A stretch of 64,000 nt of DNA, taken from positions 620,001 through 684,000 of the forward strand of contig NC_089435.1 of the NCBI RefSeq assembly GCF_026210795.1, written 5' to 3'. Made by a program: the position numbers and the translations under genes. Source of the stretch: Rhizophagus irregularis. Lineage: Eukaryota. The notes below the pieces were generated by a model. The model did no database searches and was not told the DNA's origin. It was given only the letters and a program-made list of their open reading frames with translations. Below, piece by piece: positions 39,741 to 51,955 of this stretch (positions are counted from its first letter, which is position 1; each line of letters starts with the position of its first letter).

Positions 39741-41893
39741 AGAAATTGATAGATTATTATGTGTTCTATCAATTTAATAATAACTTTTTTTTTCATACTT
39801 CTCTTCTTAAAAACACGCTTTTTATTTTCAAGATCCAAAGAAATATGCAATTTTAAAAGTATGTAATTTTACAAGTTTTTGCATAAAAGGTAAAAAAAAT
39901 TCAGTTCCATTATTTCTTAATATTTTAAACATTCAGAGCATAATTTCATCACTTTAGTAAAGATAGTAACTACGGCAACTACGAACCATGATATTTTAAA
40001 AAATAATTGATAACGAATAGTTTGAAAATGAAATGATATTATAAAGTCATATGACCATATCATAATTATCATATGTTCAAAATTGAGGGAGTGGCCTTAT
40101 TATTATTATTATTATTAAATTATTAACATCACCTACTATCAGTTAAACATATCTGAACTTTACAAATAAGGAAAATAAGGTATCTCCCTTATACAATGAA
40201 GGTACCACGAATATTATATGTTTAATTTTATTTTCTTTCACGATTTGTACCGTATTTCTTTATAACAATCATCGGATCAAATTTTTTTTTTAAATTTACA
40301 ATTTGCATAAGTAAAAGAAATATATTTTTATATTTTACGATAAATGAGGTTTGTTAAAAAAAAAAATAATTATTTTTAGAAATCCAACACAATTAACTAT
40401 TATTTCTCACTGATACATATACACTGCACCGGTCAGAAAAATTTATAAATTCTTACCATCCTTTTATTTAAAATATCAAATTTGAATCCTTTTACCGTTA
40501 TTCATAACAGAAGTATTTACTCTTTTCTAAATAATATTTTGTGACTATTTTATATTTGTATATTGATTATTGATTATATATAATTTATAATAGTTCAAAG
40601 ACAAAAAAGTTAATAAACTTGCAGAAAAGTGCGGATTAGGTATGTAGAATAAGCAATTAAATTACTTTTACGTGAATTAATGTTGGCTTTATTTCTACGT
40701 CCAGAACCTCAAAATCTTCCGACTTTCTTACAAGATCCAACTATTGCTAAAATTGTTCTCCGCGAACTAAAAAAAAAATGAAATGCTGGGCTTAGTTTTT
40801 GATTGGAATGACTCTGGATTTAATAACGTCTCTACCGTTCCGAACTGTCATGGCCTAACCGGAGCCAGTGCCGTTAATCACGACAACATATTGTTCACAT
40901 TTCTGAAAGGTACGGCGAATGGTCCAGAAATATGACAGCGAACTTACCATGGTATGAAATACGTATTTACGTTTTGGATTCTTTAATGTTATCAGCTTAG
41001 TTCACCATCATTATATTATATTTGCTAAAGGGCCAAAAACAAAACCAGTGTCCCAAATATATGTAATAGCCTGTTAAGAATCAACAAAATTACTGCTAAT
41101 ACTGGAAATGTAGATATTGAAGATTATCTTACCGTTCTTGAATAATGCTTCCCGATTCATCTTCTGGAAACTATATCAAAAATTTTTTGATATAAAAATT
41201 TAAATATAATAAATATAATATACTATATCTATTTTAACAAGTAAAAACAACGAATGAAACACTATATATTAATTGCGCCTCTCATGGTTTATTTATTACA
41301 TGTTTTTCTGAGTAATAATAGATTGATGTATCGCAACTATCATTTTTTCGTTTTTGTTCTCCGTCCTCTTAGGAACGCAGTTCCTAGTTCCTCCAGTCCT
41401 GACTTCGTACACTCGATGAGTTGCTTCACTAACACCGAATAGATTGTATCTAAGTCTAGAAGTGATTTGAATTTTTTGTATTATCATGCATCACTAAATC
41501 ACGATTGTCGATGGCGATATCAGAACAACAATCTCTAGTCCCCAAATACTCAAAGTGCAACATTATACGTTTACTGACTATCTGCCTAAAAGCCATAGGT
41601 TGAGATAATCAGTTCGTGGGATAAATAGCGGATAATATATCTCGAAAGGAATATCAGAATTTTCGTCTAAGACTTAACCATGGCGTATATGTAACATAAA
41701 AAAAATCCTTTTTTTCTTTAAAATTTTAATTCATTTGTTATACATTGCGTAATTCAGAAACAATGTACTATGTACTATGTATTACATCATTTGATACAAA
41801 TTTCGATTCAACCCGAGATTTTTCTTTGGGGAAGAATTTAATAAAGAAAAAAAGGCAAAAAAAAAAAAAAAAAGTATTAAAAATAAATTTAAT

Positions 41894-42353
41894 AATTTAT
41901 TCGTTGCCCTTGGACAGGACCCAGAAATATATATATAGGGGTCAGGTGATGAAAAAATTTTTTATATGAGCGGTACGCATTTTTTCAGGGCCGGAATTAT
42001 GATAATGTCAGCCGGTTACTATAATAGGAATAAAATTCTGACTGGCATTATCAAAAATTATCTAAAAAAGGAAAGATTTTCATGACTTTTTTTAGTTCAA
42101 AATACGCAAACTCAAACCTGACCCTTATATATATATTTCTGGGTCCTCCTGCGACATCATCGCCTCCATTTTGTCTCTGTGTCACACCCCTCCCTTTTTT
42201 CATTTTTTCATATGTATTCCAGGGACTTTGAATTTTTTTTTTGTTGCAAAAAATCTATTTTTCACGCCCCGTTAAATATCACATGTTTTAATTTTAGCAG
42301 GCATTACATAATTTTGCCCAGAGGCGATGGTGTCACGGGGCGATAAATAAATT
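41894..42353. mobile_element. Older MITE whose left TIR is split by the 41916-42147 insertion
   Basis: Reconstructed left end aatttattcgttgccctgcgacatcatcgcctc matches the reverse complement of gaggcgatggtgtcacggggcgataaataaatt. Confidence 0.65.
41916..42147. mobile_element. MITE with AGGACCCAGAAATA termini, copy 1
   Basis: TIR aggacccagaaatatatatata..gggtcagg; imperfect TSD ccttggac/cctgcgac; inverted copy at 60904-61118. Confidence 0.85.
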
Positions 42354-42371
42354 TACTCTATTTATAAATAG

Positions 42372-42625
42372 GTTGCTTTAGATTAGGTTCAAAAAAAATC
42401 TGGCATTACCTCTTCTATAATTGGTGTTAGAGCAGTCACTATGCTTGAAGAATATTTTAAACCACTTGAATTTAAGTAAAATTTGACAATTTAAAATTTT
42501 TTTTTTTAAAAAAAATATGTTCACTAACGTGAGTTTATAACAAAAAAAAAAATATTATTTTCAGATTGACACCTGAACAAATGAAACGACTTGACGAAGC
42601 ATCTAAACCAACTTCCTTACTCGTC
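42372..42625 (+). pseudogene. Aldo-keto reductase C-terminal relic
   Basis: Spliced translation VALD*VQKKSGITSSIIGVRAVTMLEEYFKPLEFK|LTPEQMKRLDEASKP (intron 42476-42564), like the AKR C-terminal motif but with W replaced by a stop. Confidence 0.7.
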
Positions 42626-43318
42626 GAATGTTTGCATTTTGGATAAACATCTAGGAAAAACATTGAAGTTCCAAAAAAAATTTTGAACCTATCACAAGTA
42701 CATACAATTTGGAAGATAACAATAATTAATGAAAAAAGCTCTAGCTATTTTTATTTCCTTTTTAAATTTATTTTTAATTTTCCTTTTTTTTCAATTTATT
42801 TATATATAAATCGTTAAGATAAAAAAAAAATGAATATAAAAATAAATAAATTCATATTTTAAATAATACAAAACAAAAAAATTATATGATGCATCGACCA
42901 TGTCGATCAAATTTACAGTTTTGTAATATATAACGTAAAAGGGAAATATTTTTTTTGGTTAATTAAAATAGAAACTTTTTTGTGTAAACATCCAGATCAA
43001 CGTATCATAATGCATCTTTGCCCTTTGATAAGTATTTCCAAATAAAACCGAATTTTCCGTAATACTAGAATGAATTCACCGACAGAAAATTCTACATTCT
43101 ATTCAATGGTCCATACCTACATTTTTCAATTTTCATTAAATTTAGGCCGGAATTACGATTTTAGCTAGAATTAAGAAAATTTCGGCCAAAATTATATATT
43201 CGAAAAATTAATTTTTAGCCAATTTTGATCTACATATATATATAAGCTCTATATATTATGCTATAATTTTAATATGGCCAATCATAATAGAAAAAACGAT
43301 TGATAAATAACAGAATTA

Positions 43319-46300
43319 TTAATCTTCAATTATACAATCAAGACCTTGAGTCTCTTCTTGAACTAAAATTTCAGTAAGTTTGCGACTTGTATAATATGCT
43401 TGTGAATGAGATTGTATAACAGAGGTATTTGCTTGTTCTTGAAATAAAGCTTTATCTGCTTCTACAAATTCTAACATATTATTTGTTAATTGATTATCAA
43501 GATTAGGTACTTTATAGACATAATTTCCATCCCTGTTGAATCTATAATATTCACTAATACACATATTCCAATCAGATAAAATATTTTCAAGCATTTTTAT
43601 GGTTGGTCTTTTAGAAGGATCTGAATCCCAACAACTTTTCATTAAATCTATATAACATTTTGGAGTATTTTTTATAATTTCAGGGCGTCTTCCTTCTTTA
43701 CAAATACTTAAGGTAAGGTGATTATCATGTGCTTCATGATTAAATGGAGGGATACCTGATGTAAATTCCCACATTATCATTGAAAAACTATAAATATCAC
43801 TTGCTGGTGTATAAGGGTTTTTCCTTAATATTTCAGGCGCCATATAAGGTAAAACTCCATAAATTTTATTAACTTTATTGACAGAATCTTGTAAATCACT
43901 TATAGGTCTACATAATCCTAAATCAATAATAAATAACTCATTATAATCATCTGACATTAAAATATTACCATCATGAAAATCACCATGAGTTAAATTTGAT
44001 TCATGAATTACTTTAAGTCCTGATACAATATTCTTTAATAATTGTAACCTGACTTGCCATTTAAATTTAGCTATATCAGATAAACACTTTTTCAAACTTC
44101 CTTTTTTTGCATAACTCATTACAATTATATAATTTAAATTATTTGGATCTTGGGTAATTCCAAAAAATTGAATAAATTTTGAAAATGATTTTTTTTGACA
44201 ATTATAATGATATTTCCACTATATAAATAATAAAAATATTGTTAACCATTTGCATAAAAAAATAAAATTGCTACTAAATATGAATAATATACCTCATCCA
44301 GAAATTTACTATCTAAGCTTGATGAACTATTAAGTGTTTTAAGAATAACCTCATAACCTGTTTGAAAATTGCATCTATTCCATTGTTGTTTGTTAAAATT
44401 CCAACTATAAATAGGTCCATCTAACCAGATAGCTTTATGAATTTCACTAAATCCTCCTTTATCATAATAATTAATCTCTGACGAGTTATTATAAGGTATC
44501 CACTCTAAAATTTCATAACTACTTTTAGCATTTAGTTGTGCTTCTTGAATAAATTTATCAATAAATTCATTTTTACTAGTCCACTTTGAAAAATCTTGTT
44601 GAAATCGTTTAGTATTACATTGTTGGCACCATTGATAATCAGTATATGGTTGCATGCATTCATTACATGATTCAACTTCATTTTTAGGATTTACTTTATC
44701 ATTTTCTACTACTTTTTGATGCCAATAAAAGGCTTTTTCTAAATTCTTCTTTGTCCCTTCTCCATTATTATAACATGTGGCTAAATTATTCATTGCACCA
44801 GTATGACCATTTTCTGCTGCTTTTTGATACCAATGAAAGGCTTTTTCTAAATTCTTTTCTGTTCCTTTTCCATTTTCACAATGTATGGCCAAATTAAACA
44901 TTGCGTCAGTATACCCATTTTCTGCTGCTTTTTGATACCAATAAAAGGCTTTTTCTAAATTCTTTTCTATTCCTTCTCCATAATTATATCTATTGGCTAA
45001 ATTAAACATTGCTACTTCATAACCATTTTCTGCTGCTTTTTGATACCAATAAAAGGCTTTTTCTAAATTCTTTTCTATTCCTTCTCCATAATTATATCTA
45101 TTGGCTAAATTAAACATTGCTACTTCATAACCATTTTCTGCTGCTTTTTGATACCAATAAAAGGCTTTTTCTAAATTCTTTTCTGTTCCTTCTCCATAAT
45201 TATATCTATTGGCTAAATTAAACATTGCTACTTCATAACCATTTTCTGCTGCTTTTTGATACCAATAAAAGGCTTTTTCTAAATTCTTTTCTGTTCCTTC
45301 TCCATAATTATATCTATTGGCTAAATTAAACATTGCTATTTCATAACCATTTTCTGCTGCTTTTTGATACCAATAAAAGGCTTTTTCTAAATTCTTTTCT
45401 ATTCCTTCTCCATAATTATATCTATTGGCTAAATTAAACATTGCTACTTCATAACCATTTTCTGCTGCTTTTTGATACCAATAAAAGGATTTTTCTAAAT
45501 TCTTTTCTGTTCCTTCTCCATTATTATATCTACTGGCTAAATTAAACATAGCACTAGTATTACCATTTTCTGCTGCTTTTTGATACCAATAAAAGGCTTT
45601 TTCTAAATTCTTTTCTGTTCCTTCTCCATAATTATATCTATTGGCTAAATTAAACATTGCTATTTCATAACCATTTTCTGCTGCTTTTTGATACCAATAA
45701 AAGGCTTTTTCTAAATTCTTTTCTATTCCTTCTCCATAATTATATCTACTGGCTAAATTAAACATTGCTACTTCATAACCATTTTCTGCTGCTTTTTGAT
45801 ACCAATAAAAGGATTTTTCTAAATTCTTTTCTGTTCCTTCTCCATTATTATATCTACTGGCTAAATTAAACATAGCACTAGTATTACCATTTTCTGCTGC
45901 TTTTTGATACCAATAAAAGGCTTTTTCTAAATTCTTTTCTGTTCCTTTTCCATTTTCACAATGTATGGCCAAATTAAACATTGCGTCAGTATACCCATTT
46001 TCTGCTGCTTTTTGATACCAATAAAAGGCTTTTTCTAAATTCTTTTCTGTTCCTTCTCCATTATTATATCTATTGGCTAAATTAAACATTGCTATTTCAT
46101 AACCATTTTCTGCTGCTTTTTGATACCAATGAAAAGCTTTTTCTAAATTCATTTCTGCTCCTATTCCATTATAATACCAATTGGCTAACTTATTCATTGC
46201 TTTTTCATCTCCATTTTCTGCTGCTTTTTGGTACCAATAAAAAGCTTTTTCTAAATTCTTTTCTATTCCTTTTCCAATTGTACAACATATGGCTAAATTA

Positions 46301-47016
46301 AACATTGCACCAGTATGATCATTTTCTGCTGCTTTTTGATACCAATAAAAGGCTTTTTCTAAATTCTTTTCAGTTCCTTTTCCATTTTCACAATGTATGG
46401 CAAAATTAAACATTGCGTCAGTATCACCATTTTCTGCTGCTTTTTGATACCAATAAAAGGCTTTTTCTAAATTCTTTTCTGTTCCTTCTCCATTTTCATA
46501 ACATATGGCTAAATTAAACATTGCTTCTTTAATACCATTTTCTGCTGCTTTTTGACACCAGTAAAAGGTTTTTTCTAAATTCTTTACTGTTCCTTCTCCA
46601 TAATAATTACATACGGCTAAATTAAACATTGCTACTTCATAACCATTTTCTGCTGCTTTTTGATACCAATAAAAGGCTTTTTCTAAATTCTTTTCTGTTC
46701 CTTCTCCATTATAATAACATACGGCTAAATTAAACATTGCTACTTCATAACCATTTTCTGCTGCTTTTTGATACCAATGAAAGGCTTTTTCTAAATTCTT
46801 TTCTGTTCCTTTTCCATTATAATACCTATTGGCTAAATTAAACATTGCTTCTTTAATACCATTTTCTGCTAATTTTTCTAAAGAGTTAATACATTCTTTA
46901 CACCATAATTCTTCAGTAAACGGTTTATTGCAATATGAACAATTTTTGGTGTTTACTGTATCAGTTATATCAGTATGTTTATCATAGATATTTAAATTAC
47001 TAGATTTAGTTTCCAT
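43319..47016 (-). CDS. Sel1-repeat (20x) non-RD TKL kinase, ~1207 aa
   Basis: Exons 47016-44293 and 44218-43319 in frame; CxxC-WCxxC knuckle, 20 x 36-aa Sel1, second knuckle, EWIPY, KGGFSEI, VILK, HGDFHDGN, DLG, YMAPE. Confidence 0.9.
44710..46869 (-). repeat. Coding tandem array of 20 x 108-bp near-identical Sel1 units
   Basis: Counted from the translation; consensus AENGxxxAMFNLAxxxxxGEGTEKNLEKAFYWYQKA. Confidence 0.95.
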
Positions 47017-47236
47017 TTAGTTATTTTAAAATTTATTTATTGAAAAAAAAATCATTTTCTTTTAGACATTTTTTTTTTTTTTTTTTTTTTTTTTTTGTAC
47101 GTCATGAATAAGGAATATTTTAACCAAAAGTAGAGGTTACAATAAAAAAATAAAAATTTTTTTTCGGACAATCGGACCATATTTTTTCCGATGCACTGAT
47201 CTGCATTAAACATGTCGATAAGTAGTCCGATTTTTG

Positions 47237-47870
47237 AGTATATGATTATCCAGTACGGTACGAATTTGCAAACCTGTACGGTACGGTTGATCAATTTTTG
47301 TGATAATCATTTCGTACCGTACCGTACTGGTTCTATAATAATCTCTTTATATATAGAACCAGTACGGTACGGTACGAAATGATCAACCATAAAATTTAAC
47401 CAACTGTACCGTACCGTACTGGCTCTATAATAATCTCTCTATATATAGAACCAGTACAGTACAGTACGGTTATTGTTTTAAATGAACATTTTGAACATTG
47501 GTGTCCAAATTACAAAAATGAACATTTTGAACATTGGTGTCCAAATTACAAAAATGAACATTTTGGACATTGGTGTCCAAATTACAAAAATGAACATTTT
47601 GGACATTGGTGTTCAAATTACAAAAATGAACATTTTGGACATTGGTGTCCAAATTACAAACATGAACATTTTGGACATTGGTGTCCAAATTATTAAAATG
47701 GACACTGGTGTCCAATAATTATATGCTAAATGTATCGTACTGATTTTCTCTTTATTATAGTGTCAGTATGGTACGGTACGGTCATGTTGATCAAATTTTG
47801 TAATTTTGTATGGGTGATCAACCGTACCGTACAGGTTTGCAAATTCGTACCGTACCGATTATCCTACTAC
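47237..47870. mobile_element. MITE/foldback element with internal palindromes and a 36-bp minisatellite
   Basis: gtacggtacgaatttgcaaacctgtacggtacggttgatca is mirrored at 47815-47856; ~6.5 x aatgaacattttggacattggtgtccaaattacaaa at 47481-47716. Confidence 0.85.
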
Positions 47871-48577
47871 CTCCGATTTTTCTATAAAAAAAAAATTTTT
47901 TTTGCATTTAATTTTTAAAAAATTTTAAGATTATAAATCAGAATAAAATTAAATATAAATTGACAAATAAAACTCAATATATAGATGGGTGTACAAAATT
48001 ATTTCACTTTGGATTTTCAAAAATATGATAGTAATATTCAATAGTAATTTCCCTATTTGACGATACATATAATAAATTGATTATTATAGATTAAAAAATC
48101 CCGTTATGCTCATAAATACACATTATTATAAAATTTTTTAGGGATATAAATAATCTAATCAATTTTTTAAGCAGTATACTTTATTAAAATAGATTATGAA
48201 TATTATAATTATCAAGAAAATTAGATTCAAACTCATTCAAATTATAATTCAAGAATTTTCAGTCAACAAAATTAGTCTATATTGTTATAATATGTCATTG
48301 TAATATATACTTAAAAACCATATACTTAAAAACCCATTAAATTTCATAACATATATTGTTAAATTTATTTGTATTGTCTAAAGATCAAGGTTTCACGAAT
48401 AATTATTCGTCTAAAATCATTAAACTGTAAAATAAAATAATGATAATCAATACTAATAAAGGAGGTTCCGAACTTAACTTTGACATAAAAAGTAAATTTA
48501 TGCTCCAAATTCGGAAAATGATAGTCTTAAACCAGGTTATTGGTTCTAGACCTGAAACTAATATAATTTATGTTCCA

Positions 48578-50483
48578 GGTCATGATAAAAAACTCTTCCT
48601 TCAAAAATTAAAAAACATAACAATTCCGCAGTAAAATTTTAATTTTATTTTACTCAGTTTTTTATTAAAATGGAAGATACAAGAAAAATACAAATAGCCG
48701 AAAATAAGTTTCCTATGCTTATTATGGGTGATGAAAATAGGTTTTTAAAAACTACATATTTCCAATATATACAATATTGTGAAAGTCTTAGTGCTTCATT
48801 TTTTAAGGGACGTTCAACAGAAGTTCAAAATAATATTTTAAAAGCAAATTTTGGATTAACAAATGAAGACATACTCAGTTGGGAGAATAGAGCCTCTCGT
48901 TACCAAATGACTCCTCAAAGTTTCTCATTTTTTTTACATGTTGCTATGTACTCTGCTTCTCATGGTTTTAACGCAGTATATGATGGGATACAACAGAGAT
49001 ATGCTGAAAGAAAGCAAATAATGAATGTTGTGAGAAAACATGAGGATAAGTCTAAAAAAAGAAAGGCTAAAAAGAATAAAAAGAAAAAACACCAAACTGT
49101 TGATTCTGATTCTGATCCATTAACAAATGATGAATCAGATGATTATATGCGAAATACTGTTGATGATGATGATCAAATAGGTGATGATCAAGATGTTAAT
49201 ATAAATCGGTCGATTGCGGATGCCTCTGGATCTCAATCACATGTTGATCAACCTTTTGATATGGACGTCACACCAGTAGAACCAGTATCTAATCTGGATG
49301 TTACAATGCCTCAGCCGCAGCTATTACAACAACCAGATAATAATTTATCTAATTTGACAAAATCTTCGAATAAAAAAAGAAGTCAAATAAAAATATAATT
49401 CAGCAAGTTATTACAGGTCATAAACCAGGTGATGATGGTACATCACAAGTCAGAGACATTTTGGTTTATGATATCCCAGTATCCTGGACGCCAGAAGAAA
49501 TTCTGCAAAAGTTAACATTTTGGGGGAATACTATCTCATTACAAATGAAACAACAAAAGAAATACCAAACAGTTCGTTTGAAGATAGAATTAAATTCTTT
49601 GCGTCTTACCCAGTTCGAAGGTAATGATGATCCTGTTTGGACTACGGATTTAGGGGGGATACCGGTTCGATGGTTTCCAGCAAGGTGGACACTCAAAGAA
49701 AGAAAACAACGTGAGAAGTTCCAAGCTACAATTCGAAAAATTCCAGAATCGATGACGATAGCAGCCTTATGGAAAGACCATTGCCCACATTCATTCCTTT
49801 CTGCGATTAAGGGTTTGAAAAGCTTTAAAATTATACAGACTGCAAGGGGGGATCGTAAACTTATTGGTTATTTTGAAAAGTGGGTTGATATGCGTACAGC
49901 ATTAGATAATCAATTTGATTGGGAGCAATTGCACCTGTCTTGGAATCGACATGATTCTCCATCGCAACGAACAAGGTCATTTGGTAATAATACCAACAAG
50001 GACCGGCAACGAACTTCAGGAAGTCGACAGACTGATAAAAGTAAACAGAATTCTAAGAATTCTAAAAAGAAACCACAAGAGGCAAAATCTGAGAAGCATA
50101 ATAAGCAGAAGAAAGATAAGTCCCGTAAAACATCACGATCAAAGGTCTTAGCGGAAATTTTAGATGTTTTACGTAAATTAATTTAGGATATACTAAATTT
50201 TTTTAGGTTTTAGAATAATTTTCTTTTTGTTTTATAGTGTGTTTTTTTTTTAGAAAAATATTTTTGATCTAGTCACCAAAGGATGTACGAATACCGGTAG
50301 GGTGCTTATGCATGTGAAAGTATTTGGGCAGGCATGACGGTAGATAGTTCTTTTGAACATATATTCTTAAGTCACCATTTTTTTTTATTAGTTTTTATTC
50401 GATCTTGTATTTAAACTAGATTAGTTCAATTTTGTATATTTTTCTTTTATAATAAATATTGTCCTTTGTTTAAAAAAAAAAAA
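48578..50483 (+). mobile_element. Poly(A)-tailed retroposed element carrying only an ORF1-like coding region
   Basis: 16-bp TSD tataatttatgttcca (48562-48577 and 50484-50499); AATAAA at 50451; A-tail at ~50472-50483. Confidence 0.8.
48670..50186 (+). pseudogene. LINE ORF1-like protein (basic/acidic tracts, RRM-like region) split by a 1-nt frameshift
   Basis: The -1 frame continues KKSNKNIIQQVITGHKPG..RDILVYDIPVSWTPEEIL from an A-run at ~49372-49378; no RT or endonuclease motifs seen. Confidence 0.55.
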
Positions 50484-51010
50484 TATAATTTATGTTCCAA
50501 ACTCGGAAAATGATAGTCTTAAACCAGGTTATTGGTTTTAAACCTGAAACTAATAGTTTGGAGTACAAACCGAATTAGTCGAACAATTTATCATCCTTAC
50601 TAAAATCATAATTTTTTTATGAATATCTTTGAAAATTCTTTAAAGAATTTTCATTATATAAATATCCATAATATTATTTAATATTTTTGATGACATTGTT
50701 CGTTCGGTTCGGTTCAGTTAATTAAGGTTAGATCAAAGTTGTATAACATTTTTGTATTATCATGTAAAGATTAACAGTTTTGAGTTTATTTATTATGAAA
50801 CAAGGCGTTTATTTTAGGTTTCTTTTTCAGTACTTATAAAGTTAAAATATATATATGTGTAAAATTCTTACAACAAAAATTATTATTTTTTTTTTTTTGC
50901 AATTCGAATATTTCATTACAAAATAATACTTCATTCTATTTGACTTTATTAAAAAAATCTTTATACAAATAATAAATTTACCACAGATATTAAGAAAGTC
51001 ATACTTCAAT

Positions 51011-51955
51011 ATGAAAATAGTATTAAATCGTCTTAGAGAAGAAGAAACTTTTGACTGTAATTATTTTGCGCCAAGGTATTATTTTGAAACAGAATGGTGT
51101 CTTGATATGCATGGTTATATTGACAGGGAGGAATTAGATGTTCGTCTTGAAGAAATTAATAGAACAGTCGCTGAAAACCCACTACTGAGTCAAAGAGCGA
51201 AAAAGGGTCTTTTATATGTTTACGGAACTATTTCCTTTATTTTGCTTCTGTTTTTTATCTATGCCGCTTCACTTTTTGGTCGTGTTATTGCTCCCTCCAT
51301 TGTATCAATTATCAGTACTATCGCTTACTTTGGGGGTAAATATTTGGTCGACGAAGAAGCAAAACGTCGTTCAGGAAGATTTTCTGATGCTTTTAAACTA
51401 TTGTTCGATAAATATAATGCCACTGATAACCCAACTGCCAATTGGAAACTCAAGTGGCGTAACGTCCTCACTCATTATAAAGTAGAAATAAATTATACCC
51501 TTGAAAATAATAATAGTGCTAAAGGCAAGGGAAAGATAACGCCAAAGTATGCTGAGGAAGCTGAAATAGAGCTAGAAATTAATGACGCCCTCGCTGAAAT
51601 TACCGAATGTACCATCCGTTTGCACCTTTATAGAAATAATAAACTTAGAAGAATTACTAAACAGCAAGAGGAACTTGAGAGACTTCTTGCATCAAACGAG
51701 GACTACTCAGTTATTATCGATGATAAGAAATTGCCTAAAACTCCTCCCTCTAATTACATACCTGCACTCCAACCTGACAATACGCCTCCATTTAACAATA
51801 CACCATCTTCCAACAATACTGAGATTTCAATACCCTCTGTGAGGAATACTAATTCATATGAAAGTTTGAACTCTAATAATTATGCTAATCCTCTGAGATC
51901 GGCTAATTCTTCGGTTTCCTATAATCTACAGATGAGCTCTACATATACGGTATAA
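51011..51955 (+). CDS. Membrane protein with two predicted TM helices, possibly ERF4/GOLGA7-like, with low-complexity tail
   Basis: Intact 314-aa ORF; two hydrophobic segments (GLLYVYGTISFILLLFFIYAA; VIAPSIVSIISTIAYFGG); GYIDREELDVRLEEINRTV resembles the ERF4-like N-terminal motif. Confidence 0.7.
   Translation: MKIVLNRLREEETFDCNYFAPRYYFETEWCLDMHGYIDREELDVRLEEINRTVAENPLLSQRAKKGLLYVYGTISFILLLFFIYAASLFGRVIAPSIVSIISTIAYFGGKYLVDEEAKRRSGRFSDAFKLLFDKYNATDNPTANWKLKWRNVLTHYKVEINYTLENNNSAKGKGKITPKYAEEAEIELEINDALAEITECTIRLHLYRNNKLRRITKQQEELERLLASNEDYSVIIDDKKLPKTPPSNYIPALQPDNTPPFNNTPSSNNTEISIPSVRNTNSYESLNSNNYANPLRSANSSVSYNLQMSSTYTV

Noticed and set aside
40660..41620. GC-richer stretches with short ORFs (also 2620-3180 and 16960-17240)
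   Set aside because: No recognisable motifs or clear termini; likely decayed repeats
47481..47716. 36-bp repeats of CRISPR-like length
   Set aside because: Head-to-tail with no spacers, inside a MITE, eukaryotic context, no cas genes
49365..49400. Programmed -1 ribosomal frameshift
   Set aside because: No in-frame X XXY YYZ heptamer; a one-base loss in an A-run (mutation or sequencing error) is simpler
48496..50555. 70-bp direct repeats read as LTRs
   Set aside because: No TG..CA ends or PBS; poly(A) plus 16-bp TSD indicate target-primed retroposition
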